In this document: piece by piece, positions 36,201-43,360 of the stretch
Layout of the letters: each line of letters starts with the position of its first letter
Position numbering within the stretch: position 1 is the stretch's first letter
Origin: Botryllus schlosseri
Taxonomy: Eukaryota
Direction of reading: 5' to 3'
Length of the DNA stretch: 64,000 nt
Assembly: GCA_051294905.1 (NCBI GenBank)
Contig: CM119378.1
Span: 1,984,001-2,048,000 of the forward strand
The notes under the pieces: generated by a model
What the model was told of the DNA's origin: nothing
Database searches by the model: none
What the model saw: only the letters and a program-made list of their open reading frames with translations
Translations under genes and position numbers: made by a program

Positions 36201-38345
36201 TGAAAAATATATACATATCGAAAAAAACACGGTTATTTTCAGCAGAGATTTGTTACGGGTAATCTTCAGCGACTAATAGGGATTTGGAAACATCGTATGT
36301 CAACCATCGGTGGTAACATGTGATACGGTTGTTGATATACAATGTTCCTTTCGATTCTCTCTAGTTCCCGACGACTACCCCTGACGAGTGTCAGCCGAAA
36401 ATATTCGTGTTCTTGTCAATATGAATATATTAATAAATTGAATGTCACTAGAGTGGTTATGTATTTAGACTACTCTCACGTCCAACATATTTCAGTTTTT
36501 TGGGGAAAAATAGACTAAAATCTTTCTATTTATATACGTACTTTATATTTACTTGTAAATTCTTTCTTATACTTATACTTGGATTGAAATTTAATACGTT
36601 AATTATACTTCAACTTGATCCCCGATGGCGACTACGTTGACCACATTTGGCTACTTCGATAAATGTCGTTGTAAACTAATTTAGGGAGAGACCCATCATA
36701 TATTCCCAAAATTTTTAATATCCAGAATTATACTGATGCATTAAGTGTTTTCGCCATCGCGATAATGCATCTTTCGGATAACGAAAATACAATTTCGTTT
36801 TATTATAGATGAAATATAGAAATATCGACTGTATAGAAATATCGAAAATTCAATTTCGTAACACTATTTAAGTAATATGAATTTTCGATATTGTTAATTT
36901 TCGATATCACAATATGGTCGTATAGTTTTGGTTAGAAGAATCTATCTGAAAAGCACGCACGGAATCCAGCTGTGATAATGGTCGCATGTATACATCCGAC
37001 CTGGCAACCGACGTTATAATAATGATTGTTATCGATGTATCGAAGGGGATATTTAATCCTTTGAAGTTGAAAAACGCTTAAAAATAATACTTGACGAATT
37101 TCTGTAGCAGCATTCTCATCATTTTCCTTCCTCTGCCCTTCGTAGAAGTTGAGAAGTCAAGAACGAAAACGACATCCGCTTTTGGTGGACATTTCTCTGT
37201 ACAAAATAGGATGAATATTTATTTTAGCAGAAGAACTGCCAAGAATGATGAATTGAACTAGTTGTTCGTCTCCATATAACAGTTTTGGTTTTGGAAAGAG
37301 TTTTTAAACTTACTTAAGCATATATTGAACGCAGCGCCGAATACCAAGCTATAGAATAATATATCAAGGATTTGTAGTAATGATCATAGCATCAGATATC
37401 CAACTGAAGTCAATCCGGCACGCTTTATATCTATTACGAATTACGATATCACGATTACTGTCACACTACTCCCTTATCGTGGTTTGTTGTTACGCATTCT
37501 CAATCCTGAGTGAAGGAGGAATTATATATGCTCTTCCCTAATTATTCAGCGTTTATCAGATATATGATAGGTCTCGTAAACATAAATGTTATCAATCGGT
37601 TCTAGTACAAACTACATCTTTATGCTCGCAAGTAAAACTTTGCTTCCAACATTCAGTCATGGGTATATGAGGAACTATGACTGAATATATAAATACAAAG
37701 CTCTGTTTGAATTCTTTTTACCTACCCATAAGGAAAGCATAATAATTCTTAGAGCTCATAATCATGTTACCTATACATTTGGGGAAAAGTTTGTCCCAAT
37801 TCCCGTCCTCTCTACACGCAATGTAGTCTTGTTGCTTGTTGGAATTGGATAGCCGATAACCAACATCGCATTCCACAGTACAGTTGCTTCCCCGTTGGTT
37901 TTCATCTTCGCAAATTACCTTTCCATATTGAATCGACGGAGGATCGGGGCAAGTACCTGCAGAAAATGAAAATTTTATTTGCAGAACGCTCTGCTTTCAA
38001 TCAGGTTTATTTAAGAATACCTAGACCCAAAGAATATGAATGCAATGATCAGCATATTAAAATCGTTATTCTCTATAGTCTGATGAAGATAAATTTGCAG
38101 CATCCTGAAATATACTCTAATTTGACAATACACATTTATTTTTCTTATTTGTAAGCCTAATTATAAATTTGATAGATTTGCTGTTGTCACGATGTAGCAA
38201 AAACTAATGTGATATTTATTGCGACCCACATCCTACCCAATTCAAGTGCCACTGTGAATGTGGATACGTAGAAATAACTACGCAAAAGCTTACAAGACCG
38301 CGTCAAACAGCAGGATATGCTCCCGATTTTTACTACGAGCCGCAT
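196..38345 (-). CDS. Multi-exon gene: vWA domain + 22 tandem sushi/CCP domains (complement-control/selectin-like extracellular protein, ~1,600 aa)
   Basis: 22 open sushi exons (C-..-G..C..G..GS.C.F.C..GY.L.G....C.......W....P.C), all phase 1-1 with AG/GT ends. They follow 4 frame-compatible vWA exons with MIDAS residues. Linking the vWA block to the sushi block across the 27268-33204 intron is inferred from compatible phases. Confidence 0.8.
275..460 (-). CDS. Sushi exon 22
   Basis: RCASEPDEPRNGRVTCTRGSKLRSVCTFKCNQGFKLVG..CLRLRKTPAWNKPTPKCL; AG/GT; 186 nt. Confidence 0.92.
1107..1295 (-). CDS. Sushi exon 21
   Basis: PCFPLTPKSPRNGGLACTDRNQVGSACTFRCNAGYQLDG..CRSINGKSSWGEAKPTCV; 189 nt. Confidence 0.92.
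1361..1549 (-). CDS. Sushi exon 20
   Basis: DCSRVSTIVPRNARVMCSDSNKAGSVCTFQCDNGLSLAG..CLDDGDEPKWSKESPECV; 189 nt; 65-nt intron to exon 21. Confidence 0.92.
1670..1820 (-). mobile_element. Penelope-type pLTR repeat copy with minimal hammerhead motif at 1710-1743
   Basis: Minus strand reads ACCC CTGACGA GCGTCAGCC GAAA ATATTC GAGT. Core intact, one helix I mismatch. Flanks match the other copies. Confidence 0.75.
2723..2911 (-). CDS. Sushi exon 19
   Basis: TCGDEPTNPPNGGNITCSKGSAVGSICLFTCGQEYTLVG..CIERSREASWDVKPPSCV; 189 nt. Confidence 0.92.
3173..3361 (-). CDS. Sushi exon 18
   Basis: RCRPMTPPPPTNGVVVCNKKNEVDSVCTFRCKPGFTMFG..CTENFIGATWDKKTPTCI; 189 nt. Confidence 0.92.
3516..3698 (-). CDS. Sushi exon 17
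   Basis: RCPPLTSLTRGQISCTRENEIGSWCSFTCDRVYVLTG..CVEQEDGASWSNPPPSCE; 183 nt. Confidence 0.92.
3887..4072 (-). CDS. Sushi exon 16
   Basis: RCARHPRFVRRGQVSCTNGKELGSVCTFECDDGFAVEG..CVEENFKARWNYPLPKCI; 186 nt. Confidence 0.92.
4742..4930 (-). CDS. Sushi exon 15
   Basis: ..NNGTVSCTDGNEIGSLCSFGCDPEYTLAG..CAEQVIGAAWSTEKPRCN; 189 nt. Confidence 0.92.
5085..5700. repeat. Dispersed repeat rich in AGTAGAAGTAG/CTACTTCTACT motifs (related pieces ~12290-12440, ~18260-18640, 63865-64000)
   Basis: Shared TAGTCCAC.TTGCTACTCAA and AGTAGAAGTAG motifs, facing inward in inverted orientation. Probably a non-autonomous DNA transposon; ends not resolved. Confidence 0.5.
5841..6029 (-). CDS. Sushi exon 14
   Basis: TCQPSKLQAPANGNLECTDENNLRSTCSFSCEHRYDLVG..CEQRGAGASWTSSPPACI; 189 nt. 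Confidence 0.92.
6637..6825 (-). CDS. Sushi exon 13
   Basis: RCNPAVPARPENGDLLCSNGNEKGSVCKFQCESNFRLVG..CVDRGVGAAWSSESPVCA; 189 nt. Confidence 0.92.
6910..7320. repeat. Dispersed intronic repeat family (copies ~18690-19075 rc, ~26470-26870 rc, ~32700-33050, ~33420-33620, ~35100-35370)
   Basis: Shared core CCTGAAAAT.CTACAGGAGAACTGTATAG.GCGAAACGA.CCAA plus CTAATTCTAAT-rich flanks. Confidence 0.65.
7359..7547 (-). CDS. Sushi exon 12
   Basis: TCGNSLPEAPRHGRVNCTRRGRLGSVCSFNCDKGHTLVG..CIRRGNGAQWTSAPPVCN; 189 nt. Confidence 0.92.
7690..8115. mobile_element. Palindromic MITE-like element (second copy ~44440-44870)
   Basis: Inverted arms CCGGCTAAAAGCAGC..TAGCTGGCGACCCG / CGGGTCGCCAGCTA..GCTTTTAGCCGG. 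The same motifs recur at 44.4-44.9 kb. Confidence 0.55.
8283..8471 (-). CDS. Sushi exon 11
   Basis: KCGDSPPTAPAKGSVFCTNSNELGSVCTYTCFQGHIMDG..CVKNRRGALWSSEQPTCI; 189 nt. Confidence 0.92.
8671..8859 (-). CDS. Sushi exon 10
   Basis: LCSPTTPAAPRYGKVGCTDGNELGSVCTFECDTGYNLVG..CLQKSQGASWSRQTPFCV; 189 nt. Confidence 0.92.
8923..9108 (-). CDS. Sushi exon 9
   Basis: DCSPLDATFSNGYLSCSEGSRVGSSCFAICQTGYELVG..CVASAGFASWNARLPVCR; 186 nt; 63-nt intron to exon 10. Confidence 0.92.
9934..10119 (-). CDS. Sushi exon 8
   Basis: ECATSLSRPENGEISCSHGNQLGSECLFSCYEDHTLVG..CVERGDRVFWNSVTPTCI; 186 nt. Confidence 0.92.
10899..11084 (-). CDS. Sushi exon 7
   Basis: TCRPALFPPYKGVVSCSRDSEMGSVCHVSCEDGLSLKG..CIDRGEGPVWSSEMPICV; 186 nt (absent from the ORF track). 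Confidence 0.9.
11598..11786 (-). CDS. Sushi exon 6
   Basis: TCYPTLPVSPVNGFATCTDGNEIGSMCTYRCEDGFILSG..CVSRGTGAIWSSETPICQ; 189 nt. Confidence 0.92.
11830..12235. mobile_element. Degenerate MITE with GACTCGAGTC subterminal repeats (resembles 46979-47920)
   Basis: Clusters of GACTCGA/GACTTGA repeats at both ends. TIR and TSD not clean. Confidence 0.5.
12575..12763 (-). CDS. Sushi exon 5
   Basis: RCPPDTPVDPDHGYKICSGSNRVGAVCTFMCDFGYTMHG..CRRARTGARWSAEPPTCS; 189 nt. Confidence 0.92.
14951..15020 (+). mobile_element. tRNA-derived SINE head or tRNA pseudogene fragment
   Basis: A-box-like GGCGCAGTGG (14955) and B-box-like GGATTCAAGTCC (14996) at tRNA spacing. Confidence 0.45.
15900..16365. repeat. 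Tandem repeat, 164-bp unit, ~2.8 copies
   Basis: GATATCATGGAATTTTTGGTATAAAA at 15918 and 16082, and a diverged third copy at 16246. Confidence 0.8.
16372..16745 (+). mobile_element. Internally deleted copy of the 27458-28647 hAT element
   Basis: Matches both the left (CCGATTAT..TATCGAATCGATATTACAC) and right (GCGCCTTAAGCT..ATCGGGGTTATCGGTGAAGGT) subterminal regions. Another right-end copy lies at ~34070-34210. Confidence 0.65.
17179..17367 (-). CDS. Sushi exon 4
   Basis: RCTATKDITPTHGGITCSEQGELGSECIFHCDEGYFLEG..CIRTGNGLQWSFQPPRCI; 189 nt. Confidence 0.92.
17620..18249. mobile_element. Foldback hAT-type MITE (630 bp)
   Basis: TIR TAGGGCTGTTCAAAATT / AATTTTGAACAGCCCTA; 8-bp TSD CTGAACAC/CTGAACAG; long imperfect inverted arms. 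Confidence 0.85.
19094..19324 (-). CDS. Sushi exon 3 (with ~14-aa N-terminal linker)
   Basis: RESDLELLKRTFPESCSPPQPFPPRNGSVFCTNANEIGSVCTFICQDGFIQEG..CLKTGKAARWTMASASCV. The only phase-1 acceptor found (cattacag) gives a 231-nt exon. Confidence 0.85.
19397..19675. mobile_element. Buster-type hAT MITE (279 bp)
   Basis: Ends CAATGGCTCTCAAAC / TGAGAACCACTG; perfect TSD ATTTACAG (nnnTAnnn); a fragment recurs at ~43600-43645. Confidence 0.85.
20002..20939. mobile_element. Non-autonomous hAT element (938 bp)
   Basis: TIR CAGGGATGGTGTGAA / TTCACACCATTCCTA; perfect TSD GTATGTAT; CGCGAACGTGAACCTC subterminal repeats. Confidence 0.85.
21116..23811 (+). mobile_element. hAT/Buster (Charlie-like) DNA transposon, 2,696 bp, near-intact
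   Basis: TIR CAGTGGTTCTCAAA / TTTAAGAACCACTG; perfect TSD TACTAGAC (21108-21115, 23812-23819); GGGTCGCG subterminal repeats; internal transposase. Confidence 0.95.
21830..23621 (+). pseudogene. Buster-family transposase, ~596 aa if one extra A in the A7 run at 22297-22303 is removed
   Basis: BED finger (CVLC..HLGTKH), QLDESTD, CTDGAPAM, HCLLH, RWLSRG and LCEQGFS (DDE). ORFs 21830-22357 and 22308-23621 differ by a +1 frame at this single site. Confidence 0.92.
23900..24096 (-). pseudogene. GIY-YIG endonuclease C-terminal remnant (Penelope-like)
   Basis: SAIGKHLLDNPACAEIYQDDRFRVAGRGRSHFHLCALGSTFIKIHHPRLFQQIEFVYHLKIV* resembles PLE GIY-YIG tails (S.I..HL...F.IL......L..LE..FIK...P.L). Confidence 0.7.
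25215..25394 (-). CDS. Sushi exon 2
   Basis: RCQELFTENGNVVCSSGNDVGSMCTFECESGYFLTG..CLELPVGSAWNPPPPKCV; 180 nt (absent from the ORF track). Confidence 0.9.
27076..27267 (-). CDS. Sushi exon 1 after vWA
   Basis: TRCRVSTSLAPMNGTVSCTNYNKVGSTCTFQCDEGFIVIG..CEAKKTTNEWNVEFPVCA; 192 nt. Confidence 0.92.
27458..28647. mobile_element. Non-autonomous hAT element (1,190 bp), possibly with a decayed transposase C-terminal piece
   Basis: TIR TAGAGCCCGACCGAT / ATCGGTCGGGCTCTA; perfect TSD ATAATAAC. Minus-strand NYWL..LALYARIFL only weakly resembles the hAT dimerisation domain. Confidence 0.88.
28680..28900 (-). mobile_element. Penelope-type pLTR repeat copy
   Basis: Colinear with 21020-21115 + 23820-23930 (the PLE 3' end). 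Confidence 0.8.
28725..28758 (-). ncRNA. Minimal type I hammerhead ribozyme motif (intact consensus)
   Basis: ACCC CUGACGA GUGUCAACC GAAA AUAUUC GGGU: 4-bp helix I, G-C helix II closure, palindromic AAUAUU helix III, UUC cleavage triplet. Activity is untested. Confidence 0.8.
28915..28990 (+). mobile_element. 3' fragment of the tRNA-derived SINE at 45705
   Basis: CTCCTCCTCGCC..ATCCG..CCTAGAAGTGGGCCGTGC matches the SINE tail. Confidence 0.6.
29500..31100 (-). pseudogene. Decayed cyclic-nucleotide-gated-channel-like fragments with local tandem duplications
   Basis: Hand translation gives S6/C-linker-like ETIIALATEVIAIIFVAHTAMIIGQLL*QSYAEF and CNBD-start-like VKPFTDITLLSYRLRVGDLVAR. 29865-30012 is duplicated at 30752-30900. 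Confidence 0.25.
31658..31735 (+). pseudogene. tRNA-like pseudogene or SINE head
   Basis: TAGCTCAGTTGG A box, GCTGT/ACAGC stem with a 9-nt loop, GGTTCAACTCC B box; acceptor stem poor. Confidence 0.45.
33205..33376 (-). CDS. vWA exon 4
   Basis: TYAVGFHPRNNLEIIEERLLKIAQGDPSRVHITD..LADQLGKAYCVES; phase 0 in, phase 1 out; 172 nt. Confidence 0.88.
34470..34610 (+). mobile_element. Penelope-type pLTR repeat copy
   Basis: CTAGTTACTGACGATTACCCCTGACGAG..ATATTCGGGTTTATTTCAATAT. Confidence 0.8.
34520..34553 (+). ncRNA. Minimal type I hammerhead ribozyme motif (intact consensus)
   Basis: ACCC CUGACGA GUGUCCGCC GAAA AUAUUC GGGU; predicted cleavage 3' of C34549. Confidence 0.8.
34648..34811 (-). CDS. 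vWA exon 3
   Basis: SHTGKALNYVNEVILATENGNRDDAPDVVIVMSDGRGRDD..GSGVT (MIDAS T and D); 164 nt. Confidence 0.92.
35995..36146 (-). CDS. vWA exon 2
   Basis: GLNISEDGINVAAVPYNREVTEDKVVHLNNYTDDKDALLKSLRKLGRPME; 152 nt. Confidence 0.9.
36190..36445. mobile_element. Foldback pair of pLTR copies; hammerhead motif at 36377-36410 (+)
   Basis: Degenerate minus copy 36190-36310 faces plus copy 36325-36445. The latter reads ACCC CTGACGA GTGTCAGCC GAAA ATATTC GTGT. Confidence 0.75.
37091..37196 (-). CDS. vWA exon 1
   Basis: KCPPKADVVFVLDFSTSTKGRGRKMMRMLLQKFV (DxSxS MIDAS); donor AA|GTATTA is frame-compatible with the next exon; 106 nt. Confidence 0.88.
37771..37956 (-). pseudogene. Disrupted sushi exon upstream of vWA
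   Basis: TCPDPPSIQYG..GSNCTVECDVGYRLS..CREDGNWDKLFPKCI with an in-frame TGA at 37903-37901. This is best explained by compensating +1/-1 indels. Confidence 0.8.
38294..38345 (-). CDS. Candidate first (signal-peptide-like) exon
   Basis: MRLVVKIGSISCCLTRS followed by a phase-1 donor T|GTAAGC. Hydrophobicity is only moderate. Confidence 0.3.
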
Positions 38346-38419
38346 TTTATTTCATTTGTGTGTTCTCGAGTCACAAATGATTACAATCAGTCAACCTATT
38401 CTATGTCAGCAAAAGTAAT

Positions 38420-41400
38420 GCGTTTATCATTTACAATTCTCTCATTGACTTGTACCATTCATATAATTGATGATCGCATTTGTTGTTTTATTTATCAAGT
38501 TTTATTTTGAAACTGCGTATTATAGCTAACGGTATTCCTGCGAAAGTGTCAGCTAGATAAACTGCGGTGATTCATAAACAATATCAATGCATTGTTCGAG
38601 TATATTGTAAAAGACGGTTAAAATCTCACAAATATGCGATTGTTCAAGAGTCATCTCAATTGCAAGGCAGTTTTCAGTAGGCCTACTTGTCATCCGAAAC
38701 GGCGTCTTTCATCATTACCGCTTATTAGCAGAAACTTATGGTTTACTGCTGATAATTCCAGGACCGCAAACATTGTGTTTCTTTCCGCTATAGATCCAGA
38801 CGCAGATGCATGGACAGTAGACAATGGTAATCATCACACTACAAGTCTAATAATAACCAGCAATGATTTGCATATACGTGGTGTCGGTCCCTAATTGCAT
38901 ATGTGTGTAGATACTTTATAAACAGAATTATTATGATTTGTGAATGAAGTATTGACTCTGAAGGAATCTAAACTGCCATTGCACGTATTCTCGTATGCAT
39001 GAAACAAAATCGTGTTGTGATCATATTTCAGAATAGCTTTATTAATTTCTGATAATGTGCCACAAATTGAACTACATAGACAATAAGAGGTCGAATACTT
39101 GCCAGAGTGTGTATAGATTGTTTGTAAATTTTGTACACAGCGCACAAATCGGACACGATGGAATGTTTGTTAGCAGTGGAATAACTATTTTTATCGCAAG
39201 GACGTGACTTTTCAATGAATCATTGTTTCAGTTATTCATCCCGACGCGTCTGATGGTGCTTTGCAATATCACGATAACGCCCCTATCGCCACCATTTTAG
39301 TTCCAGTGTGATCAAGATATGCCGTGGGCCGCCTTATTTGCGATATTGGGTGACACTGATTGTGTTACCTTCCGATGTTATCACACAGTAGTGAGCCAAA
39401 ATCAGATATTTTTACGCATTTTATGCCTTCGAGCGCAACGTCAAATTGAACAAGTCTACAGTTTGATATCATTTCCCGATTGCGATCGTGATGTCTAGAA
39501 ATTCTATTTCAGCAGAATATACCAGCTTTCCCGTTACTGGATTTCCACGTCTCGCGGCATTGAAGCCATGTCAAATTCTTTTACACCTCTCTTACCACAG
39601 CTGATGGTAATTATATAGTATAACATGTAGAGTGAGAGTCCGAAGTTAATCTCCGCACTCATTGTTGACTTCGAATACATATCATCTTGGAGTATTTGGC
39701 TGTATTAAGTATCAATATCAGATACGACTGAGTGCGCTCGGCTTTTTGTCTGGCAAATTAAGACAACTGTAAAGTAATAGACTGCAATGTGACATGTCAT
39801 TCATCATCGCTGCAAATAGCTGAGCTAATCAATCTGCAGCAAGTTTTTTGCAACCAATCGATGCATGTTATAGTATTCACGTTTGACGACGGGAAGGGAC
39901 AGATTGGTTTTATTTGCATTTATTGGATATTCATCGACTTAGGCCGGTGGTATTTTATTGGTAGTGGTAAAATTTTCGATTTATTATCAACAACTAGAAG
40001 AGAGTTTAAAATAACAGTGTAAACTATATCAGCAATCACATTTCAATATGAACTCATTATTCGATGTCTTATATGCGTTCTACGACTCCTTCACAAGGCA
40101 GAGACGTTGACCTTTCTAACATTTAATGAACTTTGTAACCATTGAGATAAATGATTACGGTAAGGTTTAACCTTCGACCGAACGTTATTTTTCTCATTTA
40201 TAACGGCTTGAAAATGCACTTGAAGAATTTTTTTTAAGTCGGATGCTCGTAAGACATGGAAGAAAGTCGATCGTGTGTCTGTGACTGAAACGTGCATGGT
40301 TGCGGGATTTCGTCATCAAGTAATAATGTTTACGACATCTCTTTGTGGCGAGCATATCGACGTGTGTCATGGCACGTATATAGTTAATTCTACAAGTTAA
40401 AATGTCGTCGTGAGCTATTATATGTGGGGTTAAAAGTTGCGTTACAAAATCATAACCATGACAGCCTTATCTCAGAGTTAAAAATATTATTACTCTAACT
40501 TATAAACTCTTTAACGTTAATTTTCCTTCAAATATTTTGTATTTGCCTCTTAATTGACGTACATTCGACTTGCATTTAGCTAAATGTGTTATTATATTAA
40601 CATATGATAACGAAAAAACACAGTCACGGAATTCTTAGACGAACTCAAACACTCGTCAGCAACAAACAACGGATTTTTTCCGACTGGTGCCAAAGAAACA
40701 CGCATGACACTTATAATTAAAAATACTGTTAACTGTGTTGTATATCCTTCATCCGATCGACGCCTAAAATATTCAGTGTACATAATTCAGCTGACTGTTA
40801 GGCATCTTAGTTGCCTATTGCATCAGGTAAAACAACTTCAACAACTTCGTGATGTATAACGAACTTACCATGCACTCCTGCAAATATTCCATAGCCGAAT
40901 ACTAGCAATATAACACGGACGTTCATTGCCCTGATCCGACGTATGTGAATTATTCTAGGACTCTATGATACGCTAATTATGCGAAGAAGACCTTGAAATA
41001 AATAAAACAAAAATTGCTCATACAGTGTACTGTTCAATCGAATTCAATGTGCTGTCAAACTGTTCTATGGAATATATACTCCTTTCCCTCTGAGAATGAT
41101 TGCGATGACGAGAAGTCCGAGGCTTGAATCATTGCCCTTCTCTATGAGCTTTCACTTTCCATCATCTACCCTTCGTTTAGGAAGCTGTAGCCCGCTAATG
41201 ACGACGTGTGTATTTCTGAATCTCTTGATAATTAAGTAGCCTATATACTATCATTTTCCAATATGATCAAAGCATTTTCGTTAATCAGAAGACGAAATGC
41301 AAAAATTCGTACGTTCCTTGCAAATCCGTTGGCAGATATGAATATAATACCCACATTCGTAGATGCCTTTATGGTCAAGATTAAAAATGATACGCTCAAT

Positions 41401-43360
41401 GTTCTATTCTCACCTCTATTCTCCTTTTCTGTCAGAAAAATCTAGTTAGATAGCCTTTAGTGGAAGAAAATATCTTCATCGGTGACAATTGATTAAGGCG
41501 ATGACTTATTACTAAAGTTTTAGGACATACACCGACAGTGACGACTCAATGTCGTAACTACGAATGGTTCCAGTGACTTATTATAATGCTTGACTACGGT
41601 GCAAACTATTTTGGGTGCATGCTTATTCTTAACAACCTCTATAATTCTATCTTGATAGGCTCTGGATGAAATTATGCAATAATGATTTGCACTGAATAAT
41701 AATTCGGCGTAACTTTCATCCTGCGGCGATTGATGCCGAGAAAATAATAAACAGCAACAAGAATGATCAGAAATATTTCCGATAGGTAATCATGTTTAAT
41801 CCGTTGCGCGAAAATCGACTTTTGTACCGTTTGATATTCTGTGCTTTTCGTTAATTATAATTCCATTCCAGTTTGGTTTTACTGAACTAGTTTTAAACAC
41901 AGGCGTTGTTTCCTTCAGGCGTGTAAATAATAATTTAATCGGTCACGTATCCTTGGTTATAGCCCCACAAAATATAGCAAGCCGACAGAACAGATGCATT
42001 GGTTACTGGATGTCAATCACTATGCAATCGAAGATAAAGCCATTTGTAGACGGTTTTCTTTCCGAACATGATATCGTAGGTACTGGCTACCAACATATCT
42101 GTCCTACAGCTATAAGTGGTGAAGTGGTGATGATTGAATAGTATATTCATATCGAAATAAACCCGAATAGGGGTAGGCTAATCAGGGGTTATCGTCAGCA
42201 ACTAGTAGGCTACACCTGACGAGTATAAGCCGAAAATATTCGGGTTCGTTTCAATATGAATATATTATTCAATTATATATTGAAGTTCTGTACCTCCAAG
42301 AAGCCCTTCAAATTCTGATGACGGATATATTTTTAACCTGAAGATTTGGTGTTAGTTTTAAACCAACTTTATCACCGCTATTCTGCAAGTATTCTCTCAG
42401 TATTCAATGGCTTCGATTTACGAATGCTTTAAAACATAACCTGAAATCCCGCAATACATAAAACAGACACACAATGTTCCGTAGAGCACTGAGCTAAAGA
42501 TTGTTGTGGGAAATATGGTAACGTTATTACCACCGACGCCAAATTATTATTAACTCAATCGCCTTTTCTTCATTCGAACGCAGTCGCATCTTCGTTACAA
42601 TATTGCCGAAAAAATGGTACCTTTTTCTATCAACATTTCTCTTCATACTGCGTTTTGACGGATGACGTTATCGCATTGTTGTTATCGTGGTCTAGGATGG
42701 GCTGCACATAGTTATGATATTACGAAATTATAGGCTATCTGCAATCAAAACATAGTAGGTTTATGATTGTGAAGACACGGCGCACTTAGATATCCGAAAT
42801 ATTCCAAGTATCGCCTTCTGACTTGCTTAGAATCATTAATTAACTAGGATAAATTTGCATTTATCATTGTAAATCATCTAACGTTAGGTTTCTTCGAGAA
42901 TATTTCGGAGGTTTCTCTTGCTTGAAGTTGAAGGTAATTCAATCAGTCTTGACACGGTTTGGGTACACAAACTATACATAATCTGGATTTTGATATTTTC
43001 AATCAAAGGAATTTTGGTCTTCATGTCATTGATGTTAAAATAATATCTTGGTGGTTCGCACGTTCATTAGTACCCACACAATTCGATCTGCAGATCACGT
43101 AAGTATCGTAATTACCCCACAAACATTTTTACACTGGTACACCGACTAGTTAACAAGGTAATAGGATTTCGGCGATACAATTTCGGTAATATTATCATCG
43201 ATTACAATCGCGTGTACCTGGTTTGACTTGAAGCGCTGTGTGTGAGTGTAGTTTTCGCAAATTTTTATATGTTGAGATTTACCACAACAGAGTGAGCAAC
43301 AACAGTTTGGACGTTTGTATGTATAGCTGATCATCGTTTCACAATGCTAAGTTATTCCTG
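38420..43360 (-). pseudogene. Heavily decayed, apparently intronless multi-repeat cyclic-nucleotide-binding-domain channel (CNGK/tetraKCNG-like)
   Basis: Hand translation across many stops gives recurring TM, C-linker-like (SSRAYQDRIIEV..KHAP) and CNBD-like (ISCGKRGVKEF..ISDFGSLL) pieces, in channel order and with a ~1.7-1.9 kb period. Confidence 0.35.
42133..42310. mobile_element. Foldback pair of pLTR copies; hammerhead motif at 42212-42245 (+)
   Basis: A disrupted minus copy 42133-42210 abuts the plus copy ACAC CTGACGA GTATAAGCC GAAA ATATTC GGGT. Confidence 0.75.

Noticed and set aside
37901-37903. Selenocysteine or readthrough TGA in the first sushi exon
   Set aside because: The TGA is not at a conserved Cys position and lies in a locally shifted frame.
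33205-37956. Complement factor B/C2 or SVEP1 orthologue
   Set aside because: No serine protease, EGF, HYR or pentraxin exons were found, so no gene symbol was assigned.
38080-38117. Additional hammerhead (CTGATGA..GAAA)
   Set aside because: No convincing helix I or II pairing and no pLTR flanks.
39380-39420. Protein kinase (VKISDFG motif, minus strand)
   Set aside because: No HRD, APE or glycine-rich loop nearby. It fits the FGE region of a decayed CNBD better, or is chance.
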